Assembly (NCBI GenBank): GCA_943704425.1
Contig: CALSCP010000656.1
Span: forward strand, 58,457-91,196
Source: Ministeria vibrans ATCC 50519
Taxonomy: Eukaryota > Protista > Filasterea
Length of the DNA: 32,740 bases
Direction of reading: 5' to 3'
Shown: one piece after another, positions 30,657 to 32,740 of the stretch
How positions within the stretch are numbered: position 1 is the stretch's first letter
How the letters are laid out: each line of letters opens with the position of its first letter
Notes under the pieces: model-generated
Databases searched by the model: none
What the model was told of the DNA's origin: nothing
The model's input: the letters and a program-made list of their open reading frames with translations, nothing else
Translations under genes and position numbers: made by a program

Positions 30657-32366
30657 TGACGAGTGTGCTTGTGTAGGTGTTGATGACCTGGATTTCCACA
30701 TTGGCGACGATGCTGTGGCAAACGAGCATTCTTATGCGCTGCACTATCCGATTCGTCACGGAATTGTCGAGGACTGGGACCTCATGGAGGTAAGCTGCTG
30801 AAGGAACACGTCGCGGAGCAGGCGACCCCAATCGCGTGCGTGCTCAACGGTCTTGTGTATGATGTGTTGTTGAGTAGCGATTTTGGGAGCAGTGCATTTT
30901 CAAGTACCTGCGTGCCGAGCCGGAAGACCACTACTTTCTGCTGACGGAGCCGCCGTTGAACACGCCAGAGAACCGCGAGTACACGGCGGAGATTATGTTT
31001 GAGTCGTTCAACGTGCCCGGTCTGTACATTGCGGTGCAGGCGGTGCTGGCGCTGGCTGCGTCGTGGACCAGCCGACAGGTCAGCGAGCGCACCCTCACCG
31101 GCACTGTCATCGACTCGGGCGATGGTGTGACTCACGTTATTCCTGTTGCAGAAGGCAAGTCTTCATTATGATCAGTATATAAAGTATTTAGAGTGTATTG
31201 ATTGTGGCGCGCCACTTAGGATATGTGATTGGCTCGTCGATCAAGCACATTCCCATTGCGGGCCGCGACATTACGTACTTTGTGCAGCAGATTCTGCGTG
31301 ACCGCGAATCGCAAATCCCCCCTGAGATGTCGCTTGAGATTGCCAAGCGCATCAAAGAGACCTACTCGTACGTGTGTCCCGACATTGTCAAAGAGTTTGC
31401 TAAATACGATGCGGAGCGCGACAAGTGGGTCAAGACGCACCACGCAAAGAACCCCGTCACACAGGTACGACACACAAGTTTTTCTTTGCGTGTGTGTAGC
31501 ATTGTGTGTTTGCGTATGACATTGTGTTTGTGTCAATACGCGCTTATTCTACTCTTCACCTCTGTTCTGAATGTCTTTTGCTTAGGTTCCTTTCTCTGTT
31601 GATGTGGGTTACGAGCGTTTCCTGGGCCCTGAAATTTTCTTCCATCCCGAGTTTTCCAACGGCGAATTTACTACGCCCATCTCAGAGGTCGTGGACACAG
31701 TCATTCAAAGGTAAAGAGTTAGGAAAAAAACGAGGAAGGCGAAAGAAACAGAGGGAAAGGAGAGAGAAAAAGAGAAAAAAAAAAGTGTGTGAGAGAGAAA
31801 AGAACAAAGTGAGATAATCTATCTTGCGTGCAATGGATTTTGACTGTGCTTATGATCGTGTCTGTGTAGTTGCCCCATTGACGTGCGACGTGGGTTGTAC
31901 AAGAATATTGTGCTGAGTGGTGGCTCGACCATGTTCAAGGACTTTGGTCGTCGTCTTATGCGCGACGTCAAGCGCAGTGTGGATGTCAAGCTGAAGCGCA
32001 GTGAAGTTCTTTCAGGAGTAAGACAAACAAAACGATGAATGCGTGTGGAATTGTGCATGTGACTTACATTACTTTCGTTGTGTGTTTGTGGTAGGGTCGC
32101 ATCAAGCCCAAGCCCATTGACGTGCAGGTCATCACGCACCACATGCAGCGTTACGCTGTCTGGTTCGGTGGTTCCATGCTCGCCAGGTAAAAAAAAAGCC
32201 ATTTTCTCGAACTTGATCAGCGCACTTTTATACCATCACACTCACTTTTCCTCCCACTCACTGCAGTACACCCGAGTTCTATCAGGTGTGCCACACCAAG
32301 GCCGACTATGACGAGCATGGGCCGCGCATCTGCCGTCACAATCCCGTCTTTGGCACAATGAGCTAA
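29915..32366 (+). CDS. ACTR3: Actin-related protein 3 (Arp2/3 complex); exon(s) after exon 1 presumably fall in the N gap
   Basis: Exons 29915-29958, [gap], 30677-30789, 30878-31154, 31220-31464, 31586-31710, 31870-32017, 32095-32186, 32267-32366. [91 protein letters not shown]. Confidence 0.97.
30222..30588. other. Assembly gap (N run) flanked by poly-T and (GT)n; expected to hide the ARP3 YTKxGxAGN..P exon
   Basis: Run of N. The conserved ARP3 segment between DNGTG and GVDDLDF is absent elsewhere in the window. Confidence 0.95.
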
Positions 32367-32557
32367 GCGAATTCTCCTCTCACACACTCTCTCTCCATCT
32401 CTCTTCTCTCCTGCTCTTTTTTATTTGTGCGTGTTTTTTTTTGGTCATTGGCCGCTCTCAAGTAAAAAAAAAACACAGCTAACCGAATGTTTGAAAATGC
32501 CTATCAAGAATTGTGGAGACATTTTTTTTGTTGCCGTCCCGTTTCAGACAACACATT

Positions 32558-32740
32558 TTAAAACTTTATGACAAGGAATTCCTCACGATCCACAGTGGTT
32601 GTGCCATCAGCAAAGACATTGGCGACACCCGACGCGTACGCGACCCCCGACGACTGGTCCACCACAATGTCGGCGACCTGCTCATCGGCGGGCGTGCCAA
32701 AGAGCGTGTGTGCCAATAATGTCCCCGTTGCTTGCGTGCA
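32558..32740 (-). CDS. 3' end of a gene running off the window; beta-propeller-like blade
   Basis: Open frame from the window end: CTQATGTLLAHTLFGTPADEQVADIVVDQSSGVAYASGVANVFADGTTTVDREEFLVIKF-TAA. It is GC-rich and followed by AT-rich UTR-like sequence. The FGT..DE...IVVD..G..Y..G pattern resembles beta-propeller repeats. Confidence 0.6.
   Translation of the reverse strand, partial: CTQATGTLLAHTLFGTPADEQVADIVVDQSSGVAYASGVANVFADGTTTVDREEFLVIKF

Noticed and set aside
29937-30831. ORFs of more than 200 aa across the ARP3 first intron
   Set aside because: Artefacts of the N gap and the poly-T/(GT)n repeats.

Overview
A gene-dense, intron-rich eukaryotic window with three N gaps. Introns are short, canonical and rich in microsatellites. 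IFT172 implies a flagellum, and the KIBRA-like and metazoan-like proteins suggest a unicellular holozoan (inference). Genes were reconstructed by hand-splicing. In order: 3' part of TOP1 (+); complete IFT172 (-); a membrane-anchored WNESYYF/RDHSW (AttH/CrtC-like) protein (-); mitochondrial DNAJA3/Mdj1 (+); a 542-aa orphan with a possible p53-like C-terminal domain (+); NAA38/LSMD1 (+), largely missed by the ORF track; QTRT2 (+); CDC20 (-) head-to-head with EXO1 (+); a PDZ-WW-WW-coiled-coil KIBRA/WWC homolog lacking C2 (-); beta-adaptin (-) head-to-head with ARP3 (+); and the 3' end of a beta-propeller-like gene (-). The most notable observations are: (1) the QTRT2 ATG lies inside the last codons of NAA38, a candidate eukaryotic bicistronic or fused locus; (2) the compact PDZ-KIBRA; (3) the candidate divergent p53-fold orphan; (4) a conserved beta-adaptin exon missing at a (GA)n tract; (5) two GC-AG introns; (6) fold-back (AAT)n/(ATT)n introns. 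No tRNA, rRNA, CRISPR array or transposon was recognised.
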